In this document: positions 1 to 9,734 of the stretch, one piece after another
Layout: each line of letters begins with the position of its first letter
How positions within the stretch are numbered: position 1 is the stretch's first letter
Source: Tubiluchus corallicola
Lineage: Eukaryota > Animalia > Priapulida
Length of the DNA stretch: 29,437 nucleotides
Reading direction: 5' to 3'
NCBI GenBank assembly: GCA_030141605.1
Contig: JAQGDQ010001687.1
Coordinates: 1 to 29,437, forward strand
Position numbers and translations under genes: made by a program
The notes under the pieces: generated by a model
Told to the model about the DNA's origin: nothing
Database searches by the model: none
The model's input: the letters and a program-made list of their open reading frames with translations, nothing else

Positions 1-305
1 TGTAAAAGTAAAAATACAAGACAACAGTACCCAATACAATCATTTCCTTTCCTTTAAAAATATCTACCAAACAATATAAGATATTTTTACTTAGTAAATA
101 TTCATTGGCGTAGAAAACCAGAGGTTTTTCTCTTTTTTGTGCACGTGTGTCTTTTTGCACTAATGTTTTTCTTTTACTAATTGGTACCATTACGACCTTT
201 GTTACTTTATTAGTAAAAGTATAAATCAATTTAAATGAAATTATTCATTCATCGCAGCCTATATCATTATCGTAATTACATATTATGTATTCCTTATGTT
301 TTTTT

Positions 306-493
306 TTGTCATTATCGTCCATTTGACTTCGTACAACATTATTTTCATCAACGCACAAAGTTCCATAATTTTTTCATCTATTATAGTGATCTAGTGATCT
401 AGACTCCAGATCAAATTTCTTGACTGACGAGTCTGTCAAAAATTTGCCAGTGAGCAGGTGCCCGGCCTCGTCCTTACTTTGACAACAAGTACC

Positions 494-496
<3 letters not shown>
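306..496 (+). repeat. ~190-bp dispersed repeat, copy A (inverted copy at 5971-6153)
   Basis: cattatcgtccatttgacttcgtac...cttgactgacgagtctgt...ctcgtccttactttgacaacaagtaccctt matches the reverse complement of 5971-6153 with scattered mismatches. Confidence 0.9.
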
Positions 497-535
<39 letters not shown>

Positions 536-595
536 CACTCACTCACTTACTTACTTACTTACTTACTTACGTACTTACTTACTTACTTACTTACT
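494..595. repeat. (ACTT)n microsatellite
   Basis: Direct reading; a few ACTC/ACGT variants. Confidence 0.97.
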
Positions 596-1156
596 ATTTG
601 CTACTAGATGATATATTTGCGTGCATAAGGTGCTTTAAATTTTGGAAATAATAAAGAAAAAAATGGCGTTACACACGCAGTTTATATAATTTTATATAAA
701 CGTAGAAAAAGCAAATTACTTTATAAATGTTTTTAACGACGAAGAAGATCAACCCAAAACTAATCAGATCTAAAAAACACAACAAAAGGTAGTTGAAAGT
801 CGCGAAAATATCACAATATGCAGAAAGTGTTCAGCCCAGTTGAGAGTTCTTCTGTTTAAGTCCAGGCTGGGCTTGAGAAATACGCTTGCAGTCCAGACTA
901 GGCTTGAGCATGGCTTGAGTGATACTTCCTGGACACGCAGTTTTAAATAACTCTAATGAACTTGATTTGACCTTGCACGACTTGAAAAATCAGGCACAGC
1001 AGCGGTCATGACCGCTTGCAGTTCTTCCGTAGGCCGGCAGCAATGTAACAACGATAAACACCAACCCAAAACTAGTCAGCATGGTTATAGAGAGAAACCT
1101 TTTATTATAAATGTAACAACATGGGTAAGATGCGTATGAAGCATATATACAGGCAG

Positions 1157-1191
1157 ACTAGAATTCACTAATGAAGTGCGCCCGTGGGCGC
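1157..1191 (-). mobile_element. Possible Helitron 3' terminus
   Basis: Minus strand reads GCGCCC-AC-GGGCGC hairpin, 16 nt, then CTAG followed by T; 5' end not identified. Confidence 0.4.
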
Positions 1192-1260
1192 CAGGAACTG
1201 CACTCACGGTTTTGGCTCACGGTCCGGGTTCGAGGTTGATTACCAGGATGTGATTAACGC

Positions 1261-1354
1261 CATTGTTATGAGAATCTAAGCATTGTTAAGAGAATCTAAG
1301 CATTGTTATGAGAATCTATGGATTGTTATGAGAATCTAAGCATTGTTATGAGAA
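1261..1354. repeat. 20-bp tandem repeat (CATTGTTATGAGAATCTAAG), about 4.7 copies
   Basis: Direct reading. Confidence 0.95.
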
Positions 1355-1814
1355 AATGCAGTGGCGTCGGTTACATGTTTAGACAGATCAATGAAAAACT
1401 TAATTAGAAGAATCAGCTTGAGTAGGGAGGATTTCATGGCTGTTTGATCACGATACTGAATACTTACTGACCAAAGTTAAGGAAAAACGGGCACCTAGTT
1501 AGTAAATGGATGATTGATCATAAAAATCACTTCACTAACTAAGTAAAAATTTGATTTACTGTATCTTGTCAATAAGATTTTTCGTGAGTCAGTGGTGCAT
1601 ACTGGGCAGGCGGGTCAATGACATTTTGCGAGTTGGCCATTTTCAATTATTGAGAATTTTTTCTAGTAACATAATTTCAAGCTGGTAAGTACTTAGTGAT
1701 ACAATTCTGTGTGGAAAGTTTTTTGGGGCGTACTTGCATTTTCTTCCCCTTTATCTTACAAACAACCTTCAAAATGAATATAAAATTAAGACCAGACTCA
1801 TGTATTTTACACAG

Positions 1815-2048
1815 GGCGTCTCTATCGTTGACATTAAGCTTGAACTTGGAGAGGAAACAGCTTTTCAGTTATGCACGAGATTCGGCGCAGGAAAAGCCAT
1901 CTTCATCAAAACCGATGTCACCAACGATTCTGAACTCAGGACAGCCTTTCAAAAAACACTTGAAGAATTTGGTAGGCTGGACATCGTATCATGTACAGCG
2001 GGAGTTGTGGACGAAATCAATTATAAACTGATGGTGGATATTAACCTA
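1815..2048 (+). CDS. HPGD: 15-hydroxyprostaglandin dehydrogenase-like SDR, internal coding exon (first one in the window)
   Basis: ttttacacag|GGC...CTA|gtgagt; 234 nt, phase 0/0; GVSIVDI...FIKTDVTN...FGRLDIVSCTAGVVDEINYKLMVDINL aligns by eye to HPGD KVALVD...FIQCDV...[27 protein letters not shown]. Confidence 0.92.
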
Positions 2049-2138
2049 GTGAGTTTTTATTGCATAAGAATAGAAATTGAAAGTTAGTAAATTGAAATTG
2101 AGTTGAAATTGATATTGTGTTCTCGAATGGTTACTCTA

Positions 2139-2775
2139 GGCTTTACATGTCAAATGTAGACCTGCGTTAATTCAAATGTAGATTTAGGTAATTCAAATGT
2201 GTCTTGGTAACTCAAATGTAGACTTAGCTAGTTCAAATGTGTTAACAATGGTTTTCAAGAAATCATAAGCGTTTTTGGTAAGTCAAATGTAGACACATGT
2301 CAAGTCAAATGTGACATTGGTATCTCAAATGTGGATAGGTGGTAAAGTTTAAGGATGTTAAATTTAATCTTCTTTAATTTCAATTTAATAATTGCTCTTA
2401 AGTTAAAATAACAACGTTATAGGTTCACTAATATTCTGCAAACTTTACGTACCATTGGAACTGTTAGAGAAAACAATACATTCTTAAAATATACAATGTT
2501 TCTCGAGAGAAACTAATCCATTAATGCAGTGCTAATGCATTACTTAAAAAACTAATTAGTGATTCACTGTTCATTGGGAAGTGGGAACCGATTTATTCTT
2601 TTTTGCCGACATTTTTGTAAAACGTTGACAAATAAAATGCAGAATTCTATGACTACATTTGACTTACCTAAGTCACATTTGAGTTACCAAAACACATTCG
2701 AAATTCCTATGTCTACATTTGACTTACCTAAGTCACATTTGAACTTTCCTGTATCTACATTTGACGTGTAAAACC
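2139..2775. mobile_element. MITE with ~23-bp TIRs, TA flanks and 20-21-bp subterminal repeats
   Basis: ta|ggctttacatgtcaaatgtaga ... tctacatttgacgtgtaaaacc|ta; repeated TCAAATGT(AGAC) motifs mirror each other at the two ends. Confidence 0.85.
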
Positions 2776-3730
2776 TACAAATGAAATAAAATGTTGAAAA
2801 TATGAAGCGTGTTCATCCAACTGACTCTCATGAGTAAATGACCACTGGTCGTATTCCTCAAACTGATCATATGGGCCTACACATTTGATTGTAACCTAGT
2901 CGCTGTTAACTAAAATAATGGCGACTCTGTGGCAGTTAATATGCAACAAACTTGATTCAACTGAATAAGAAAACAAACTAACTGAATGTAACAGCAAGTT
3001 CACACTAGCGACTTTTCTCGCCAAGCAAATCTGTAAGTAACTTGCAAGCGTGATCAGACTGGAGAGCAAAACAAGTTACTCTCCAACAGTTAGCGCGGAG
3101 CTAACACTCACTTCTTGATCTCCTGCAAGAAGTCCCGAGAGTAACTCGCCGAGACAATCCCGAGGTCAACAATTCACAAGAGAGACCGGTCAACAATTTC
3201 ACAAGAGCAACTAAATAATTTGGCGATGCTATTAATAGAAAATGACATTACAAAAACCATTGTGTTTGATATGATTTTAAAAAAATTCTCGGATAAAAAT
3301 GTCTGAAAAATAATGTTTTTAGAAGATGTATGCACAAACAGTATGCCAGTAATTATCTTTACTTGTAATAAAACATTAAAACTTTCATATAGCTTTTCAA
3401 TTTTAAATACATCATTGTGGCTAATGCTTGAATCTCAAGCTCTCAACACTTTTTGGCAAAAACTGACATACTACATGTGACACAAAACATAAAGTCTTCA
3501 GCTTCTGAAGGGTAGAGGGCCTCAATAACAATTTTCTAGTTGGGCCCCACGCTTCCTAGCACCTGCCCTGGGAAAGGTACTAGCTAAATGGACAAACATT
3601 GAACAAAAAAATGCCAAGAAAGCACAGCTATTTAGCAATGTAGAACCTGTGAGTCAAATGCTTTAAGCACCTATCAAACTGAGTTAAATGAAAATTTAAG
3701 ATGCTCAACTAGAATAATTGCTTCTGGAAC

Positions 3731-4282
3731 TTTGTTGTTGTTGTTGGCATCCTTCTGTCTCGGAAGACAATGGAGTGTGCGCCAAGAGAGTCAGTTATTG
3801 ATCACATTGATAGGGCTGTAGCGTCGACTGTGGCTGAGCAATCCGATCCTTGAACATCTCCAGGGCGCACGCCTGGTCAAGGTGTACGGAGAACCTGAGT
3901 TGCCCAGACAACAGGAACCCCCTCTCTTCCTCCCTGGTGTAGTCCAAAGGAAAGCGGAGCGATACGTTTGGCGCCAGGTTGGCTGCAGGAGCTGCCGGAG
4001 TCGAGCATGCTGCACTGGTCCGCCTTTGGGCTCCCCTCCTGATTTGGAAGCTTTACTCCTCTACACATGGCCGTTGGGTCACTTGACCTCCTCCGCCCTC
4101 TAGCCGTTGGCTGCTTGTGCAGCTCTTCCGCCTAGTATCGAGATACAGTGTGGGCATCCCGCAAGCCTACAGCACCTGGTATTCCTAGGTGGTCACCCTT
4201 TCAAGTACTAACCAGGCTCTACGTTGCTTAACTTCGGTGATCAGACGAGAACCGGTGTTTTCAACGTGATATGGCCGTAGTT
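3731..4282 (-). mobile_element. 5S rRNA-headed SINE (SINE3-type) with RTE-like body and (CAA)n tail
   Basis: 9-bp TSD TTCTGGAAC (3722-3730, 4283-4291); 5S head 4163-4280; body 3731-4160 ends CCATTGTCTTCCGAGACAGAAGGATGC(CAA)n; body repeated at 18533-18963. Confidence 0.85.
4163..4280 (-). pseudogene. 5S rRNA-derived segment (118 nt, SINE head rather than a functional 5S gene)
   Basis: CTACGGCCATATCACGTTGAAAACACCGGTTCTCGTCTGATCACCGAAGTTAAGCAACGT...GGAATACCAGGTGCTGTAGGCTT; lacks first 2 nt, C-box region GGATGGG changed to GAAAGGG, no oligo-T terminator. Confidence 0.93.
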
Positions 4283-4518
4283 TTCTGGAACAATGAGATT
4301 TAAAAAAACTATTTACGATATATAATTGGATATATGTACAGTAATGAATTGTAATTTAATTACTCACATAAGAATTATGGTCAAATAAAATTGAACAATT
4401 TTAAAATAATTAATTTTAATAATTTTTGTTCGAAACGTTTTTCATTTTAAATTTTATGTGCACTTTAACTTATATGCAATAATATATAAGTTCATTAAAC
4501 CGTTTTATCATTACGCAG

Positions 4519-4603
4519 GTGTCAGTAATATCAGGAACCTACCTTGCTTACGAGTACATGAAAGACCAAGAAGGCGTGATTGTTCACACGGCATCAGCTG
4601 CAG
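4519..4603 (+). CDS. HPGD: HPGD-like SDR coding exon (catalytic Ser region)
   Basis: ttacgcag|GTG...GCAG|gtatga; VSVISGTYLAYEYMKDQEGVIVHTASAAG vs HPGD VSVISGTYLGLDYM...GIIINMSSLAG; 85 nt, phase 0/1. Confidence 0.93.
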
Positions 4604-4643
4604 GTATGATTACAAGTTATTACACGTAAACACTTAGCCATAG

Positions 4644-5013
4644 TGTTGTGGAGATCGCTATCTATTAGAATTATATAGAACATTGTAGAATGTTCCGTTA
4701 GAATAATCGTCTTACCGTGTAAGAATGTTCTTTAACAAAACTTATGGAAGCTTCTCGGGCGCGCTATATAAGGCGAAGCAGGCCGCTGAGCGAGGCACGC
4801 ATATTCACACGGACGCCACTTACACATTCTCTTGTATACTTGCATTTTCAGATACACTTAAACGTTTTCCAGATTTTCACGTTTAGTGTAATCATTTCGT
4901 TCGCGTTCCTTCATACTTTTGTGTTGTAGAATTCTCGCTTAATAAACTAGTTAATTTGATGAAGTGTTTTCTGGTTTTCTCCACGAGCCTTCCGAGAGAA
5001 ACAAAACACATCA
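4644..5013 (+). mobile_element. Solo LTR (370 bp)
   Basis: TGTTGTG...CACATCA termini, 5-bp TSD CATAG (4639-4643, 5014-5018), TATATAA at 4765-4771, AATAAA at 4941-4946. Confidence 0.85.
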
Positions 5014-5089
5014 CATAGACTGAAATTATCAAAATACTAGCTTCAGAGTTCGCTGTTTCTTTCCGTCTTCCAAAGTCATCGATGCTGAT

Positions 5090-5220
5090 ACAGATTCAGA
5101 TGAATTTATTTATCTCTTGTAATACACGAAAATATCAAGTACATAGCAAAATAAGTTATGAGTAGTTGGAGAAAGGTAGGTGAAAAATCCTAAATGTTAG
5201 CAAACCAGCCACCCTTTAGT
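5090..5220 (-). mobile_element. Possible non-LTR retrotransposon 3' end remnant
   Basis: Minus strand AAAGGGTGGC...CCTTTCTCC stem, then GAGATAAATAAA and a short repeat tail; same layout at 17881-18072. Confidence 0.35.
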
Positions 5221-5773
5221 TAAAGTTAGTAGAAGAAAATCTAGCGATTTAAGCCGGGATAAAACAAAGAAAATCTTGTCAAACTGAAAACATTTATAAT
5301 AATGAAAAAATGAATGAAGCTAGTTTTAAGCGGCAAAACAATACGTAAAAATAAGAAAACAATACATAAGCGAAACAGATTGAGAAGCAAAACAAAAGCT
5401 ATCAGAAGTGGATGAGCATATAACGCTACATGAATAGTAACGGATATAAAAATAAGCATACATAAAAACCAAAAGCAAAACTTAAAACTGAAATAAACAC
5501 TGAAAACATAAACTGAAGGAATCAACTCAGTAAAAAATGATAATGTATGTAAAACTGAACTAAGCATACAATGAGAAAATCAAAATCAAAAGACACTTTG
5601 CTCTATACTTCATTGTTTATACTGTTTATAATTTGTACATAAGTATATGTAGTATACGTTTTTATAGCGTTATATATGTACGTATTTATATCTTTGTAAA
5701 CTGTGCGTGTATTGTGTGAATTGTAATTGTAATTACCCTATAAAATATGTTAAATATAATCGCATAATTTTAG

Positions 5774-5856
5774 GTCTGCAAACTTGTCCTCTGTTCCTCG
5801 AAGCGTATTGTGCAACTAAATTTGGTGTGGTTGGATTTGTAAAAACTACTTCTCAG
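5774..5856 (+). CDS. HPGD: HPGD-like SDR coding exon (YxxxK active site)
   Basis: aattttag|GT CTG...TCT CAG|gtgaga; LQTCPLFLEAYCATKFGVVGFVKTTSQ; 83 nt, phase 1/0. Confidence 0.93.
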
Positions 5857-5970
5857 GTGAGAGCACAGAAATTCAATAGGCCTATTTTTCACTGACAGGT
5901 AAGGAGCACAGTAATCATAAGAGCAGTTGCTTAAGATGTTGTACAGAATGTCACTACAATAATGATTGAT

Positions 5971-6153
5971 AAGGGTATTTGTTGTCAAAGTAAGGACGAG
6001 ACCGAGTTCCTGCTCACTGGCAAATTTTTAACAGACTCGTCAGTCAAGAAATTTGCTCTAGAGTCTAGGTCACTATGATAGATGAAAAAATCATGGAACT
6101 TTCAGCGTTGATGAAAATAATGATGTACGAAGTCAAATGGACGATAATGGCAA
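5971..6153 (-). repeat. ~190-bp dispersed repeat, copy B (inverted relative to 306-496)
   Basis: Reverse-complement match to 306-496. Confidence 0.9.
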
Positions 6154-6182
6154 CAATAATCATTATTCTGGTGATTGTTTCC

Positions 6183-6606
<424 letters not shown>

Positions 6607-6999
6607 CGTAATAATAGTAAACACGAAGCCGTAAATGTGCTCAGAAGACAATTATATACTAGTGAACTATTAGTTTAGAAATTTTTCTTCCTAGATTCAT
6701 TGTGTGTAACCCGTTTAGATGTTGTTACTATGCATTCGAATACGCTGGCTGTCTTTTATTGCGTATTTGCATGTGATCCATTATAATTTGTAACTATGTC
6801 TATTGTATATGATCGTTGTCTTTCATTGTGTGTAATGCGTTTCAAAATTCTAAAATTATATCTGTGGCAATGTGTTTAATGCTTTGTAAATGCTTTTAGC
6901 AAATTTAAAACATATCCCTGTAAATGGAGGGAATTGATATTGTTTTTTTAATAAAGTAATATAATAATAATAAATTCCTGGATTTTTATGTAAATTTAG

Positions 7000-7166
7000 G
7001 TAGCTGCAGTGCCAAATGTCCCAGGACGTAGTATCAGGGTTAATGCAGTTTGTCCATATTTCGTGGACACTGGTCTGTTAACTGAAATGAAGCTCAAGCC
7101 GCACTTTGAAAAGCAGGGAATAGATGCGGTCAATGAATGGCGGAAAAATACGGCTGAAACACTGAC
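7000..7166 (+). CDS. HPGD: HPGD-like SDR coding exon
   Basis: aatttag|GTA...CTG AC|gtaagt; VAAVPNVPGRSIRVNAVCPYFVDTGLL... vs HPGD GVRLNAICPGFVNTAIL; 167 nt, phase 0/2. Confidence 0.92.
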
Positions 7167-7177
7167 GTAAGTACTGT

Positions 7178-7755
7178 CTTCTTCTTCTTCTTCTTCTTCT
7201 TCTTCTTCCCAGCTTTTCCCTGTGCGGGGTCGCCGTTGTGAATGAGTCTTCTCCACGCATTCCTGTTGTTGACCATCTCTTCATTTATGTTCTTCTCTCT
7301 AAGGTCTCCTTTAATTCAATCCATCTCCGCTTGGGTCCCACTTCCATTTCCATGACCTCCCTTCCCACATGATCTTCACCGCCTCTTCTTTTCAGGTGTC
7401 CATACCATCGCAATCTTGCGAGGCTTCCACTACTTTTACTGTTCCTCTGATATTATTATTTCTAATTTTATCTCTTCTTGTTATTCCCACCATCCATCTC
7501 AACATCCTCATCTCCACCACATCCATTTTCTTCTCTTCGGTCTTCTTTAGAGAAGCTGCTTCCAGCCCATAGATTAGAGCGGGTCTGACCACTTCTTTGT
7601 GGGCTTTATCTTTAAGTCTCACCGACTCATTCATAGAAGGTTTTGGCGCAGTTTTTACAGGCGGATGCCCTTCCTGACCCTAACCCTCCCTATTTATCCG
7701 GGCTTGGGACCGGCACTGAGTTGGGCTGGCTTGCCCCAACCCCAGTGGCTAGGTT
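7178..7755 (-). mobile_element. Non-autonomous, internally deleted RTE-clade retroposon (5' UTR fused to RT C-terminal remnant, (GAA)n tail)
   Basis: 17-bp TSD ACTGACGTAAGTACTGT (7161-7177, 7756-7772); remnant VVRPALIYGLEA...EMRMLRWMVGITRRDKIRN typical of the RTE RT C-terminus; GGAAGGGCATCCGCCTGTAAAA 5' UTR motif. Confidence 0.92.
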
Positions 7756-7758
7756 ACT
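7679..7758 (-). ncRNA. Twister ribozyme (P1-type with P3 hairpin) at the retroposon 5' end
   Basis: U^AA CCUA GCC [P3 hairpin] G CCGG UCCCAAGC CCGG AUAAA UAGG GAGGG; P2 CCUA/UAGG, P4 CCGG/CCGG; core GCCGGUCCCAAGCCCGGAUAAA matches the rice Osa-1-4 twister as I recall it. Confidence 0.9.
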
Positions 7759-7986
7759 GACGTAAGTACTGTATGTTCTAAAAAACCACATTCGAGTTTG
7801 TTGTCTTGCAAAAACTAAAATTATTAGCTCACCTGTCTGAATAATAATTGGTCATTTTCTTAATTTCGAAATTTCCAGTCGCACTGAAGTATTAAAAAAT
7901 TCACAAACAGTTCAGCTTCGTTATGAGATGATTTTTTCGAATTTTTGTTTCAATTCATTAAATTGATTCAGAGTTTTCATTTTCAG

Positions 7987-8122
7987 ACCGGTAGATGTCG
8001 CAAGTGCATTTATTCGATTAGTAGAAGATGATAGTCTCAATGGTGTTTGTGTTGAGATTAAAACAAATGAACACATTGATCATCTCAATACTCTTACTGG
8101 TTATAAAGAAGAGAAAGAATAA
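7987..8122 (+). CDS. HPGD: HPGD-like SDR terminal coding exon
   Basis: ttttcag|A CCG...GAA TAA; PVDVASAFIRLVEDDSLNGVCVEIKT... vs HPGD [25 protein letters not shown]; stop at 8120-8122. Confidence 0.92.
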
Positions 8123-8260
8123 TGAGTGTGGCTGAACTAACTTTGACTCCATCATTAATGTCTAATGGATGTGACTACGATATTTATGTGCAAAACTGGA
8201 TTAAGGGTTTCGCGGATCTAGGATTATCAGCAAACGAATGGCTTCAATCCTACCTTCTAC

Positions 8261-8449
8261 TCTTTTTAAAGAGTTATAAATTTCTCTCAACGACCGCAAC
8301 CAAGTGTCAGAAAACATTAACAACGGCAGGCGAAAAATCTCCAAAAATAGTCATTTTTGCTCATTCGAGAAACATCTAGTAGAAAAAGCGTCCTAGCGGA
8401 GAAAGGAGGAAGCATTCCGAAGAAGAAAATTTATAGCTCTTTAAAAAGA
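8261..8449. mobile_element. Small MITE-like foldback (~25-bp inverted arms) in the presumed 3' UTR
   Basis: tctttttaaagagttataaatttct (8261-8285) vs agaaaatttatagctctttaaaaaga (8424-8449). Confidence 0.65.
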
Positions 8450-8741
8450 CGGTAAATCAGGCTACAGAACAATGTAGTTTTCTTTTACAAGTGCCTCTAT
8501 TTGGACGAAGGAGTACAAGTTAATTTGGGGAACATTTTTTGAAGGGGCATGTATATATTCAATGTGTTGAACTGTTAAATTTATTAGTTAATACGTTTAT
8601 TGACGAACAACACAATACATTATAAAGAAACACACGCCACACAAAAACATCCCAACACTTGGATATAATCGTTTTGTTGAAACAGTAGAGGCTAAACGGC
8701 CTACAATATTTAGTATATTTGTCTTCACTAGTTTCAGTTTT

Positions 8742-8747
8742 AATAAA
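8742..8747 (+). terminator. Candidate polyadenylation signal of the HPGD-like gene
   Basis: First AATAAA I see after the stop codon; AT-rich context makes it weak evidence. Confidence 0.3.
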
Positions 8748-8848
8748 TTTGTTACCTCGTTTACTAAATAACATTATCTCGCTTTAATTTGTCATCGGTC
8801 TCAGCACACTGAGGGCCTATCAAAATTTAGGGCCTAGGCTACAGCCTG

Positions 8849-9617
8849 AGGTCCATTTCACAGTGAGGGCGCACATCAAAACGCCTCGAGGAGAAATTCC
8901 TTGCGTCATTCTTCAAGGAAATAGAAGACATTGTTGTCTGTGGCCCACTTCACTGTGAGGACGCGCAGCAAAATTCCTCGTGCAATTCCTCGTGAGGAAT
9001 TCTACTGACAGCTAGAAGCTATGCGTCCTCCTAATGAGGAATTTTCTCGTATGGTAGAAATACTGCATGTTTCACTTTCGTGAGGAATCCTCGCGGAATA
9101 TAGTTTTAAGTTTAACGGCTCAATTACCTCTTTCTTATTTAACGAACAACAATTAACACATTCAGCATAAAATTATAAGATACAGTCTCTCTTAACAGAC
9201 GATTTTGTGCTTTATTAATGCAACATCAAAGGCCATATTCGCGAAAAAGAATAATAACGCACATATATGTTTATTCTATTAAATTATGTATGTTTTCATA
9301 TATTGAACTGGTTAGTAGAACTTTTCTAAAAAGCAAACAGGTCTGACATTACACTGACTAACATTATTTAATTGTACTTTGTATATGGTAATATGGTATG
9401 GTATATTGTAAGTACAACTTAGCTTAGGCATAATTACGCTGTAAAAAAACTTGCAAAGTAACTGCAGCTAACTGGACGTGTGGTTTCACTGTTAAATGAA
9501 CTTTCTTGCTGCCATGGGATTTCAAGAAAAAAATTTAAAGTTTCAAAAAAATTTCGGTTTTTTTGACAGCAATTCTGTGCGTAAATTTTCCTTGCATCCT
9601 CACTGTGAAATGGGCCT
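8849..9617. mobile_element. Non-autonomous TIR DNA transposon (possibly PIF/Harbinger-like), copy 1
   Basis: TIRs aggtccatttcacagtgagg / cctcactgtgaaatgggcct; internal AATTCCTC-GAGGAATT palindromes; second full copy at 26644-27554. Confidence 0.9.
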
Positions 9618-9688
9618 TATTTGCCTAATGGTTAATCAGCCCCTGGTTATGTGTAATGTTGGTTATTTCCAACACGGTATATTATGCA

Positions 9689-9703
9689 TGTATACATACA
9701 TGC

Positions 9704-9733
<30 letters not shown>
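9689..9733. repeat. (TACA)n/(TA)n microsatellite
   Basis: Direct reading. Confidence 0.9.

Positions 9734-9734
<1 letters not shown>

Noticed and set aside
1-1814. First HPGD-like exon (TGxxxGxG)
   Set aside because: No open frame with the Rossmann motif and a donor found; the Gly-rich candidate near 1600 hits TGA. Presumed upstream of the window.
3791-4103. ORFs in the SINE body (also 18545-18838)
   Set aside because: Short, overlapping, differ in extent between the two copies, and have no recognisable domain.
4163-4280. Functional 5S rRNA gene
   Set aside because: Missing 5' bases, altered C-box region, no terminator, single copy inside a TSD-bounded element.
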